Source: an uncultured Chloroflexia bacterium (GTDB lineage: Bacteria > Chloroflexota > Anaerolineae > JAAYZQ01). Taken from it: DNA of 64,000 nt. The notes beneath the pieces were generated by a model, which was not told the DNA's origin, did no database searches, and saw only the letters and a program-made list of their open reading frames with translations. The stretch is from positions 448,001-512,000 of the forward strand of contig CAVOXA010000014.1 in assembly GCA_963700285.1 (NCBI GenBank). The letters are read 5' to 3'. Position numbers and translations under genes: made by a program. This document shows, piece after piece, positions 21,218 through 30,526 of this stretch. Within the stretch, counting starts at the first letter, position 1, and each line of letters starts with the position of its first letter.

Positions 21218-21368
21218 CGAAGCATGCCTCCCTTCGTGGGTAGGGATGGTTGCCACCCAGTACTGGCGCCCAGAGCAACAGCCACCCCTACCCCGGCAAC
21301 AAGCGTGAGAACTAACGAAGGCTCATAGCGAAAAAGCTCGTCGCCTTCACAAGGTCTCGCAAAACAGT

Positions 21369-23415
21369 CTACCGGTATTCGCCGGCCAACGCCTCGACCA
21401 CCTCTACGTTGCTGGCATCCACAAAGCCAGGGCCGGTCGGCGTCACCGGCAGCGCAGGGCTGATGCCATAGCGAACCTTGAGCATCAGCGCCTGCACCGC
21501 GCCATAGCCCTGCAGGAACGGCTGCTGGTCGATGCCGAACATGGTCGTGCCGTCCTTGATCTTGGCGATGATCTCGGGGCTCAGGTCAAAGGTACCATGG
21601 GTCAGATCGTCCCTGGTGCCAGACCCGCCGCTTCCATGAAGGCATAGAAGGGGTTGGCACCATTCGGGCCCAGCGTCATGAAGATGTCGGTGTCGGGGTT
21701 GGCTGTGATAGTAGTCGGAGATGATGGTCTGCGACTCGGCCGGGTCGTCGCCGATAGCCAGCACCTCGGCCGGAATGCCATTCTCTTCCATGGCATCCGT
21801 AAAGCCTGCGCAGCGCTTGTCCAGACCGGTGTGGCCGACCTGCTGGTTGATGCAGACACCCTTGGTGCCGCCCTCAGCAGCCAGCTTGAGACCGCCCAGG
21901 TAGCCTCCTGCGTACTCGTCCTGCCCCAGGTAGGTCATGTAGGGGATGCCGTCCACGATGCGGGCCATTGCCCGCATTGTAGGCCAGCACCGGGATGCCG
22001 GCATCGAGTGCGCTCTTGATCGGCTCGCGGAAGAGGTCCGCGTCGGTCACGGTCAGCGCCGATACCATCGGGCTGCGCAGCCGCGGCCTGGTCGATCAAC
22101 TGGGCCGTCTTTTCCAGGTCGAACGCAGTCGGGCCCCAGGACCGTGACGTTGACGTCCATCTCCTTGGCCGCTACCTCGATGCCCTTCTGCACCACACAC
22201 CAGAAGGCGTCCCAGGCGCACAGCGCGTGCTGCACGGCTATGATGTCCACCGGCCGGTCCGGATCGGGCTCAAAGTCCACGTTGCTGGCGTCGATGAAGC
22301 CAGGGCCCGTGCCGGTCACCGGCAAGGCCGGCAGGATGCCGTAGCGGTTGACCATGGTCAGCATTTGAACGGCGCCATAGCCCTGCAGGAACGGCTGCTG
22401 GTCGATGCCGAACATGGTGGTGCCATCCTTGATCTTGGCCGCAGATCTCCGGACTGTTGTCGAAGGTGCCGTGGGTCAGGTCGCCAGCACCCGAGACCTG
22501 CCGCCTCCATGAAGGCATAGAAGGGGTTGGCGCCATTGGGCCCCAGCGTCATGACGATGTCGATGTCGGGGTTGGCGGTATAAGTAGTCGGAGATGATGG
22601 TCTGCGACTCGGCCGGGTCATCGCCTGATGCCCAGCACCTCGGCCGGAATGCCGCTCTCGGCCAGGGCATCGGCAAAGCCATTGCAGCGCTTGTCAAGAC
22701 CGGTGTGGCCAACCTGCTGGTTGATGCAGACGCCCTTCGGTGCCGCCCTCGGCAGCCAGCTTGAGACCGCCCAGGTAGCCGCCTGCATACTCGTCCTGCC
22801 CCAGGTAGGTCATGTAGGGGATGCCGTCCTCGATAGGACCGGCGCCCGCATTGTAGGCCACGACCGGGATGCCGGCATCCAGCGCCCGCTGGATCGGCTC
22901 GCGGAAGAGATCGGCATCGGTCACGGTGACCGCGATGCCGTCGGGCTGGGCCGCCACAGCCTGGTCGATCAGCTCAGCCGTCTTTTCCAGGTCGAACGAG
23001 TCGGGCCCAGCACCGTGACGTTGACGTTCATGTCGTCGGCCGCCTGCTTGATGCCCGCTTCCACCGTGCACCAGAACGAGTCCCAGGCACACAGCGCGTG
23101 CTGGACCACGATGAGGTCAAGGACCGACTCGGGACCGGCTTCACGCACGATGGTCTCGACCGGCACTTCCTTCTCTACAACCCTGGTGACCTCGACCTCT
23201 ACCTCTTTCTCGACCGTTTGGGTGACGATTTTTTCGACTTCTTTCTCGACCTCAACGGTTTCAACGACTGTCTTTTCGACCTCAACGGTCTCGACCACGG
23301 TCTTTTCGACCTCAACCGTCTGAACGATGACCTCCGGCTCCGGCGCGCCGCAGCCCGACACAACCAGAGCGACGACGGCCACCAATGCTATCAGGCTCAT
23401 CAGTTTCTTGTACAT
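21369..23415 (-). CDS. Sugar-binding lipoprotein with two tandem type-I SBP domains (multiple indels)
   Basis: Lipobox VSGC, VEKTVVETVE linker, two copies of QHALCAWD.FWC ... GIDQQPFLQGY. Confidence 0.8.
23165..23325 (-). repeat. 30-bp imperfect repeat encoding a (TVEVEKTVVE)n lipoprotein stalk
   Basis: QTVEVEKTVVETVEVEKTVVETVEVEKEVEKIVTQTVEKEVEVEVTRVVEKE. Confidence 0.85.
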
Positions 23416-23544
23416 TTTTCTCCTCCCAGTAGTTTGCTTTCAGATTTCTTTCCGGCTTGCGTGAGGCTCTGTTTTGGAACGTTTGACACTTGCACCTCCG
23501 TACGACAGATTTAGTCGGGCAGTTGGATCACTTTTTGGCTACTC

Positions 23545-23556
23545 TCACCTCCCCTC
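23545..23556 (-). promoter_or_regulatory. Orphan strong SD-like element GAGGGGAGGTGA, 130 nt upstream of an SBP start
   Basis: Identical 12-mer at 36607-36618 upstream of the other SBP gene. Confidence 0.45.
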
Positions 23557-23618
23557 GTCTCACTCGCTCCCACAGGTTCTCTGCGGCAATCTCTCGAAAC
23601 CTATGAGGGCATCCTTGC

Positions 23619-25598
23619 CTAACGATACTTGCCAGCCAGTTCCTCCACGATGGCCACATTGCTGGCATCCACAAAGCCGGGACCCGTCGGCGTCACCGGC
23701 AGCGCAGGGCTGATGCCATAACGAACTTGTAGCATCAGGACTTGTACAGCGCCATAGCCCTGCAGGAAAGGCTGCTGGTCAATGGCAAACATGGTGGTAC
23801 CATCTTTGATCCTGGCAATGATCTCCTCACCGAGGTCAAAAGTACCATGCTTGATCTCCCCTCCACCCAGACCGGCCGTCTCCAAGAAGGCATAGAAGGG
23901 ATTGGCGCCATTCGGGCCGAGCGTCATAAAGATATGGGCGTCTGGGTTGGCCGTATAGTAGTCATCCATGATCGTTTGTGATTCGGCCGGATCATCTGTA
24001 ATAGATAGCACCTCGGCAGGAATCCCTTTTTCTTCCATGGCCAGCAGAAAGCCTTCACAGCGGGCATCCAGGCCTATGTGCCCCACCTGGTGGTTCACAC
24101 AAACGCCCCTGGTACCTCCTTCAGCAGCCAACTTGACACCACCCTGGTATCCACCCTGGAATTCGTCCTGACCCAGGTAGGTCATATACGATACTTGGTC
24201 GGTCAAGGGGCCAGCACCAGCGTTGTAGGCCACGACGGGGATACCGGCATCGAGGGCGCGCTGGACAGGCTCACGGAACAGGTCCCTATCGCTCATGGTT
24301 AGCGCCATGCCGTCTGGCTGTGTGGCTACGGCCTGGTCGATGAGTTCGGCTGTCTTTTCCAGGTCGAAGGAGTCGGGGCCCAGCACTGTCTGGTTGACAT
24401 TCATATCCGAGGCAGCCTGGGCAATTCCATTCTCCACAACGCACCAGAAAGAGTCCCAGGCGCACAGGGCATGCTGAACAAATACCAGATCAACCTCCCG
24501 GTTCGGATCTGCCTCAAAACCGATGTTGTTCGCGTCCACAAAGCCGGGTCCTGTAGGCGTCACCGGCAAGGCGGGCAGAATCCCGTAGCGACTGACCATA
24601 TTCAATGTCGATACCATACCATAACCCTGCAGGAAGGGCTGTTGATCAATGCCGTAGAGCGTCGTTCCATCTTTGATCTTGGCAGCGATTTCCTCGCTGA
24701 GATCAAAAGTGCCGTGGAAGACATCGCCCGGCCCCAGTCCGGCCGTATCCAAGAAAGCGTAGAAAGGATTGGCACCATTCGGGCCAAGGGTCATAAAGAT
24801 GTCGGTATCCGGGTTGGCCGCATAGTAGTCGCTGATAATCGTCTGCGCTTCGGCCGGATCGTCGCTGATGGCCAGCACCTCTCCCGGCAGACCACTGGCG
24901 TTCATGGACGCGAGAAAGCCCTCGCACCGGGCGTCCAGACCGGTGTGGCCGACCTGGTGATTGATGCAAACCCCTTTGGTGCCTCCGGCATCGGCCAGTC
25001 TCAGGGCGCCTAAGGCGCCGGCCTGATACTCGTCCTGACCCAGAAAGGTCAGGTAATCGATCCCGTCTTTTACGGGTCCCGAGCCAGCGTTGTAGGCCAC
25101 CACCGGGATGCCAGCATCCAGCGCCCGCTGGATAGGCTCCCGAAAAAGGTCAGGGTCGCTGACAGTCAGTCCAATGCCATCGGGCTGTGCCGCCACAGCC
25201 TGGTCGATCAATTGGGCCACCTTCGCCAAGTCGAATGTATCCGGCCCCAGGATGGTGGCGCTCACATTCATATCGGAAGCAGCCTGTTGGATACCAGCCT
25301 CGACCGTACACCAGAACGAATCCCAAGCGCAGAGCGCATGCTGAACAAAGAACAGGTCCAAGTCTGCTTCCGGCCCCAGATCCATCTGCGGCGCGGCGGT
25401 AGACGCTGCGGTACCAGCTGCGGACTCGACTACCTCGGCAGTCGGCCCTTCCGTTTTCTTTACAGATTCGACCACCTGCCCCGTGGGAACCGCTCCCCCT
25501 TCTTGGGCCCCTTCTTGCTCCGCAGTAGGGCCGCAGGCGGCTGCCAACACTGTGACGACGATCAACAGGACGATAAATCTTCCGAACGGACTTGACAT
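23619..25598 (-). CDS. Sugar-binding lipoprotein with two tandem type-I SBP domains (intact, 659 aa)
   Basis: Lipobox LAAAC; two ~295-aa homologous halves, each with HALCAWDSFWC and IDQQPFLQGY. Confidence 0.92.
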   Translation of the reverse strand: MSSPFGRFIVLLIVVTVLAAACGPTAEQEGAQEGGAVPTGQVVESVKKTEGPTAEVVESAAGTAASTAAPQMDLGPEADLDLFFVQHALCAWDSFWCTVEAGIQQAASDMNVSATILGPDTFDLAKVAQLIDQAVAAQPDGIGLTVSDPDLFREPIQRALDAGIPVVAYNAGSGPVKDGIDYLTFLGQDEYQAGALGALRLADAGGTKGVCINHQVGHTGLDARCEGFLASMNASGLPGEVLAISDDPAEAQTIISDYYAANPDTDIFMTLGPNGANPFYAFLDTAGLGPGDVFHGTFDLSEEIAAKIKDGTTLYGIDQQPFLQGYGMVSTLNMVSRYGILPALPVTPTGPGFVDANNIGFEADPNREVDLVFVQHALCAWDSFWCVVENGIAQAASDMNVNQTVLGPDSFDLEKTAELIDQAVATQPDGMALTMSDRDLFREPVQRALDAGIPVVAYNAGAGPLTDQVSYMTYLGQDEFQGGYQGGVKLAAEGGTRGVCVNHQVGHIGLDARCEGFLLAMEEKGIPAEVLSITDDPAESQTIMDDYYTANPDAHIFMTLGPNGANPFYAFLETAGLGGGEIKHGTFDLGEEIIARIKDGTTMFAIDQQPFLQGYGAVQVLMLQVRYGISPALPVTPTGPGFVDASNVAIVEELAGKYR

Positions 25599-25723
25599 CT
25601 AGACTCCTCTAGAACATGATTGGGAACAGGTTGGCGTCAGGCAATCCAATCTATCCATTTCATTCAGGAATCATTCCTAGACCTGCTCCCTCGGGAATCC
25701 GACAGAGGAACACCGCCAGCCAC

Positions 25724-26731
25724 TTAGTCAGCCCTGAGCAGATAGCTGTTGAGGATGACTGACAGCATCAAGATCAAGCCGGCCACGGCCCGGAAAACCT
25801 GAACCGACACGCCCATCAGCACCAAACCCTGCTCCAGGGTCTGCAAGAGCAGAATGCCAATGACCGCGCCAAAGATGGTACCTACGCCACCGGTGAGCTT
25901 GACGCCGCCAATCACACAGGCGGCCACCGCGATGAGCTCCCATCCTTCACCGCGGAGAGGATCGACGCTGGTCCGGTGGGAAAACTGCATCACGCTGGCA
26001 ACACCAGCCAACAGACCTGTAATCGTAAAGGCCATCAGCTTGACGCGGTGCACTGGCACGCCCTGCTGCCGCGCGGCCTCGGCATTCCCGCCAGTGGCAT
26101 ACAACCAGTTGCCATAACGCGCACGTCTCAGAATAATGGCAAAGATGACAGCGATGACGACGAACCAAAAGATCGATACCCGCAAGTTGCCGGCAGGGTG
26201 GAAGAGCTGGTTAATCGGCTCGATGGCGCCATTCAGAATCGTGAACAGGAGAGGCGTGGACTCGGTGTACTTGGCGAAATCACCGCCTCCCAGGGCGCGA
26301 GCAATGCCTCGATAAGCAAGCATGGTGCCCAGCGTGGCGATGAAGGAGGGGATGCCCGTGCGGATGACAATGATTCCATTCAGGGCTCCCAGAGCTGCAC
26401 TGACCAACAGGGCGAGCAGCATGGCCGGCAGCGGCGCCAGACCAGCGTTCATGCTAAGCGCCCAGACGAAACTGGCCACAGCAAAAGTAGACCCGACGGA
26501 GAGGTCAAATTCGCCAGCGATCATCAGCATGGCCACACCGACGACAATGATGCCCAAGATGCTGGTAAATGACATGATATTGGAGAGAGCCACCGTAGTC
26601 AAAAAGTGCTCGGCAGCGACGGAGAAGAACAGAAAAAGAATGACAAAACTGATCAGGGTCACGAGCTCGGGGTGCTCGGCCAGACGGTAGCGGAAGCGCG
26701 CGGCTGACATCGTCATAGAGTCTGCGGACAT
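25724..26731 (-). CDS. Sugar ABC permease, RbsC-like
   Basis: MLMIAGEFDLSVG, GIPSFIATLG, ELIAVAACVIGG. Confidence 0.92.
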   Translation of the reverse strand: MSADSMTMSAARFRYRLAEHPELVTLISFVILFLFFSVAAEHFLTTVALSNIMSFTSILGIIVVGVAMLMIAGEFDLSVGSTFAVASFVWALSMNAGLAPLPAMLLALLVSAALGALNGIIVIRTGIPSFIATLGTMLAYRGIARALGGGDFAKYTESTPLLFTILNGAIEPINQLFHPAGNLRVSIFWFVVIAVIFAIILRRARYGNWLYATGGNAEAARQQGVPVHRVKLMAFTITGLLAGVASVMQFSHRTSVDPLRGEGWELIAVAACVIGGVKLTGGVGTIFGAVIGILLLQTLEQGLVLMGVSVQVFRAVAGLILMLSVILNSYLLRAD

Positions 26732-26770
26732 CCCTCTCCTCCAGTCATTGGCTTGGATATGGAACAAAGA

Positions 26771-27796
26771 TCAAGGAGCATTCATCGCTCCCGACGACTC
26801 ACGTATCACCAATTGTCCCTGAGCGACGACGTTCGACACATCTCCAGTGGTAGGACTCCCGTCAGCCATCAAGGCCAGCACCATCTCCACTGCCCGCCCC
26901 CCCATCACAGCAATGGGTTGGGCAATCGTTGTCAATGGGGGCTGGACGTAAGAGGCCAATGGGATGTCATCAAAGCCTACCACCGCCAGATCCCGCGGAA
27001 TTGCCAGGCCACTCGCCCAGGCAGCGTGCACCAGCCCCACAGCCGTCATGTCATTGTAGCAGAAAGCGGCGGTTGGAGGCTCATCCAGCGCCATGAGCAC
27101 AGATAGCGCCCGCTCGCCGCCCCCTACGCGACCAGTACCTTGCACAACCAGGGTATGGTCAAAAGCGATACCCGCCTGTCCAAGCGCCTGGCGGTAGCCG
27201 GACTGCCGCTCTACGTCATCACTGTGGCCCGCCGGACCGCTGACATAGGCGATACGGCGATGGGAGCGCTGAATCAAGTGCTCAGTCGCCATGCAGCCGC
27301 CATGGCGGTTGTCCACCCTCACCGAAAAGGTATAAGAGTCTCTCTCTCTGCTCCGGCTATTGATGAGTACCACGGGTACCCGCAGGCGTTCCAGATGATC
27401 CAGGTAGAGGGCGCCCACGCGAGACGAAGTAACGATCACGCCATCCACCCGTTTGGATTGCAGCCGCTCAACCGTTTCTATCTCGCGCGCTGACTGGGAG
27501 TCAAAGCTGGCCAGAATGACGCTGTACTCACGATCGCGGGCCGTGCTCTCGATCGCCTGCACCATCTGTGCAATGAAGGGGTCAGTGATGGTCGTTACGG
27601 CAACACCAATGGTCTGTGTCCGGCCCACGACCAAGCTGCGAGCCTGGGCATCGGGGGAGTAGCTCATCTCGCGAGCTAGCAGTTGGATGCGCGCCTTGGT
27701 TTCGGCGCTGACCAGCGGACTGTCGCTCAACGCACGAGAGACGGTCGAGTGAGAAACTTCAGCGGCCTTTGCAATGTCCTTGATTGAGACAGTCAC
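26771..27796 (-). CDS. LacI-family transcriptional regulator
   Basis: SIKDIAKAAEVSHSTVSRAL, VVGFDD, PPLTTI. Confidence 0.95.
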   Translation of the reverse strand: MTVSIKDIAKAAEVSHSTVSRALSDSPLVSAETKARIQLLAREMSYSPDAQARSLVVGRTQTIGVAVTTITDPFIAQMVQAIESTARDREYSVILASFDSQSAREIETVERLQSKRVDGVIVTSSRVGALYLDHLERLRVPVVLINSRSRERDSYTFSVRVDNRHGGCMATEHLIQRSHRRIAYVSGPAGHSDDVERQSGYRQALGQAGIAFDHTLVVQGTGRVGGGERALSVLMALDEPPTAAFCYNDMTAVGLVHAAWASGLAIPRDLAVVGFDDIPLASYVQPPLTTIAQPIAVMGGRAVEMVLALMADGSPTTGDVSNVVAQGQLVIRESSGAMNAP

Positions 27797-27860
27797 GCCA
27801 CCTCACTCATCGCGGACGCGTACAACCATGACACCCAATAGGATGTTCCGATACGGGGAT

Positions 27861-27902
27861 TGCACACGTGTGCATTATATCATGCCAAGTCCTGGTTGTC
27901 AA
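27861..27902 (-). promoter_or_regulatory. Consensus sigma70 promoter with overlapping LacI-type operator
   Basis: Minus strand TTGACA (27902-27897), 17 nt, TATAAT (27879-27874); perfect palindrome TGCACACGTGTGCA at 27861-27874. Confidence 0.85.
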
Positions 27903-28294
27903 GCCCTAACTTTGGGAATTTTTGCACAAGAAGACTGAAACTGAGTACGCCCCGGTCTTTGAAGCTCACTTGGCCTACAGGTCTATCCTGCGTCGGCTAC
28001 CTATGGTATAATCAGTAGGGCGCAGTACGGCGCATGCGATGCCAAACTTCCCGGGAGCTGTGCTCGGGCGAGCATACTGGATTCCTTGAATTCAGCAAAC
28101 TGGGTCGAAATCGCGCTCCTGACAAGCTTCCGGGAAGTGGAATGCGGCCTATTGACAGTCATTAGGCCGCCGCAGCTCCATGGCGCTTTCATGTCGAGTC
28201 CGTAATCCGGTAGGTCTGTCTCTGGATACTCCGAATACTGGCTGGACCGCAGCCAGGCAAATAGTCTGCTGACACTGGATCTCGGTGACTGACT

Positions 28295-28993
28295 ATGACG
28301 GTCAAGGTTGTGCATTTTCTGCTATTGCTGTGTCTGCTGGCGCTTGGTGGCTGCCGGAACTTATCCGCGAACCCAACGCCGGTACCTAGAAACCCTGAGT
28401 CTGTGACGATTCTTCCCACACCTATCCTGACCAGTGAGAAATCGATGGAAGAGATACTGCTTCAGCGGCGGTCGCTCCGCGAGTTTCGCGATGCTCCCCT
28501 GTCGGATGCGGAATTGGGCCAGCTTCTGTGGGCAGCCCAGGGCATCACTAGCGAGAGGGGATTCCGCACCGCTCCCTCGGCCGGTGCGCTCTATCCTCTG
28601 GAGTTGTACGCCGCCACAGCGGAGGGTGTCTATCACTACGATCCCCGGGAGCACGGACTGCTGGCAATCGGTCACAGAGACACAAGGCAAGCCCTGTATG
28701 AGGCAGCGCTGCGCCAGGAAGCCGTACGTCAGGCTCCGGTCGTATTTCTGATTGCAGCCGTGTACGCACGTACGGAAGCGAAATACGGTGCCGAACGCAG
28801 CCCTCGTTATGTACATCTGGAGGCTGGACACGCTGCCCAGAACCTGCTGCTGGAGGCAGTGGCCCTGGGGCTTGGCGCGGTGCCCATTGGCGCCTTTCAG
28901 GACGAGCAGATCCAGCAAGTGTTGGGGCTCCCCGCAGATCACCAGCCACTCTACCTGATCCCGGTGGGACAGCCACTGGATGCCAGCCCGTAG
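28295..28993 (+). CDS. SagB/ThcOx-like nitroreductase-fold flavoprotein with lipoprotein signal
   Basis: LALGGC; RRSLREF, LLWAAQG, RTAPSAGALYPLELY, EAGHAAQN. Confidence 0.9.
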   Translation: MTVKVVHFLLLLCLLALGGCRNLSANPTPVPRNPESVTILPTPILTSEKSMEEILLQRRSLREFRDAPLSDAELGQLLWAAQGITSERGFRTAPSAGALYPLELYAATAEGVYHYDPREHGLLAIGHRDTRQALYEAALRQEAVRQAPVVFLIAAVYARTEAKYGAERSPRYVHLEAGHAAQNLLLEAVALGLGAVPIGAFQDEQIQQVLGLPADHQPLYLIPVGQPLDASP

Positions 28994-29108
28994 GTACAGC
29001 CTGCCCAGGCTTCGCGCCAAGGCCCTTTGCAGTCCGCTGATAGCCGAAGGCCAATGAGGTACTTGAGGGGATCACGCCCTGCCCAAGCGGTACTGATAGC
29101 ATAAGAGG

Positions 29109-29135
29109 AAATCCTTCGCTTCGCGGAGGATGACA
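29109..29135 (-). repeat. Degenerate (T/C)GTC-type palindromic repeat
   Basis: Minus strand TGTCATCCTCCGCGAAGCGAAGGATTT, with ATCCT(T/C)CGC arms. Confidence 0.45.
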
Positions 29136-29188
29136 TGGTGGCTGTTGTGGTTGAGATGCGTACGTCCTGCTCTTGAAGGTCCACCTCT

Positions 29189-29218
29189 TTGCCTCGAGTA
29201 CTCTGGCTGTGGTATAAT
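29189..29218 (+). promoter_or_regulatory. sigma70-type promoter with extended -10
   Basis: TTGCCT, 18 nt, TATAAT preceded by TGn. Confidence 0.6.
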
Positions 29219-29566
29219 GGCCAGGGCTCGCGACCACGAGATCGGTACTCCTGGGACTCGGACCATCCAAGTTGGGGACCGATCTTACCGACGAGGCAGG
29301 TCTGGCAAGGTATGATGCCCAGAGAGCGGCCAGCCTCCGGTCATCGTAGCTACACGGAACGCCGATGCCCCACTCAGTGGGGTTCCATCGTTGGATGCAA
29401 CAAGCTGGGGGCTGGCCGCCCTCTTGTTGGAGCCAAAAAGCTGGATGTCAAAGGCTTGCAGGCGATCACGCGCTATGCCTGGTCGGAGCCGTAGGAGCTG
29501 AGGAACAATAGGGCATATCTGGCATCCTTCCGGGGCCAGCCGGACTTGGGGGTTTGGGTCAGCATC

Positions 29567-30451
29567 ATGACACGTACCGAGGCATTTCTGGATAGCATCC
29601 ACAATGGGGCGGTGCTCCTGGCCGACGGAGCAACCGGCACCATGCTACAGACGAACGGGCTGGAGACGGGCCGGATCCCGGAGGCATGGCTTTTCGAGCG
29701 ACCAGACCAGATACGCGCTTTGCACCAGGCTTATGTCGACGCAGGATCAGACATCATCTTGACCTGCAGTTTTGGCGGCACCCACTACCGGCTGGAAGGC
29801 GATGGGCTGGCTGACCGGGTTGTAGAAGTCAACCGCCGGGCCGCTGAGCTGGCCCGCGAGGTGGCCGGTGACGGTGTGTTTGTCGCCGGCGACATGGGTC
29901 CGACGGGCCAACTCTTGGAGCCACTGGGAGGGATGGCATACGAGGAGGCGGTCGATGCCTATGCCGAGCAGGTACAGGGCTTGACCGAGGGCGGGGTCGA
30001 TATCCTGCTCATCGAGACTATGAGCGACCTGGCTGAGGCCAAGGCCGCAATCGAGGGCGCGCGCCGTGTCAGCGACCTGCCCATCTTTTGTACGTTCAGC
30101 TTTGACAGCCATGGCCGGACAATGATGGGTGTTCGTCCGGTCCAGGTAGCGCAAGAGATCGGACCCCTGGTTCAGGGGGTGGGCGCCAACTGCGGACGTG
30201 ACCCGTCTGAATACGCCGGGTTCTTGAAAGCCATGCGGCAGGTCGCACCGGACGCGATCCTGTGGGCCAAGCCGAACGCCGGACTGCCCCACGTGGATGG
30301 CGACAGAACTGTGTATGACGCGACGCCCGAGCACATGGAGAAAATTGCTGTACAGCTTTGCGAGGATGGCGCGCAAATAGTTGGCGGTTGCTGTGGCACC
30401 ACCCCGGCTCACGTGGCGGCCATGGCAAGCGCGTTGAGGGATGGGCAGTAG
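29567..30451 (+). CDS. Stand-alone homocysteine S-methyltransferase domain (MetH N-terminal module)
   Basis: DGATGTML, GDMGPTG, IETMSDL, GANC, KPNAGLP, GGCCGTTP. Confidence 0.9.
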   Translation: MTRTEAFLDSIHNGAVLLADGATGTMLQTNGLETGRIPEAWLFERPDQIRALHQAYVDAGSDIILTCSFGGTHYRLEGDGLADRVVEVNRRAAELAREVAGDGVFVAGDMGPTGQLLEPLGGMAYEEAVDAYAEQVQGLTEGGVDILLIETMSDLAEAKAAIEGARRVSDLPIFCTFSFDSHGRTMMGVRPVQVAQEIGPLVQGVGANCGRDPSEYAGFLKAMRQVAPDAILWAKPNAGLPHVDGDRTVYDATPEHMEKIAVQLCEDGAQIVGGCCGTTPAHVAAMASALRDGQ

Positions 30452-30458
30452 GCAGAGA

Positions 30459-30490
30459 GCGGCAAGGGAAAACTCGCTTGCTGCTTTTTT
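30459..30490 (+). terminator. Intrinsic terminator-like hairpin
   Basis: GCGGCAAG ... CTTGCTGC followed by TTTTTT. Confidence 0.6.
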
Positions 30491-30526
30491 GGTTTCTTTT
30501 TGCTGTAACAGACTTGGGAGGACTAG

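Noticed and set aside
23165-23325. CRISPR-like short repeats
   Set aside because: The repeats are in-frame coding units of a lipoprotein stalk with no unique spacers, and no cas genes are present
28095-28135. Definite c-di-GMP-I riboswitch or tRNA
   Set aside because: Some conserved words are present, but the GAAA-capped stem does not pair and there is no T-loop or acceptor geometry; kept only as an unassigned structured leader
28295-28993. RiPP (azole-containing peptide) biosynthetic cluster
   Set aside because: Only the SagB-like dehydrogenase is present, with no YcaO, precursor peptide or transporter
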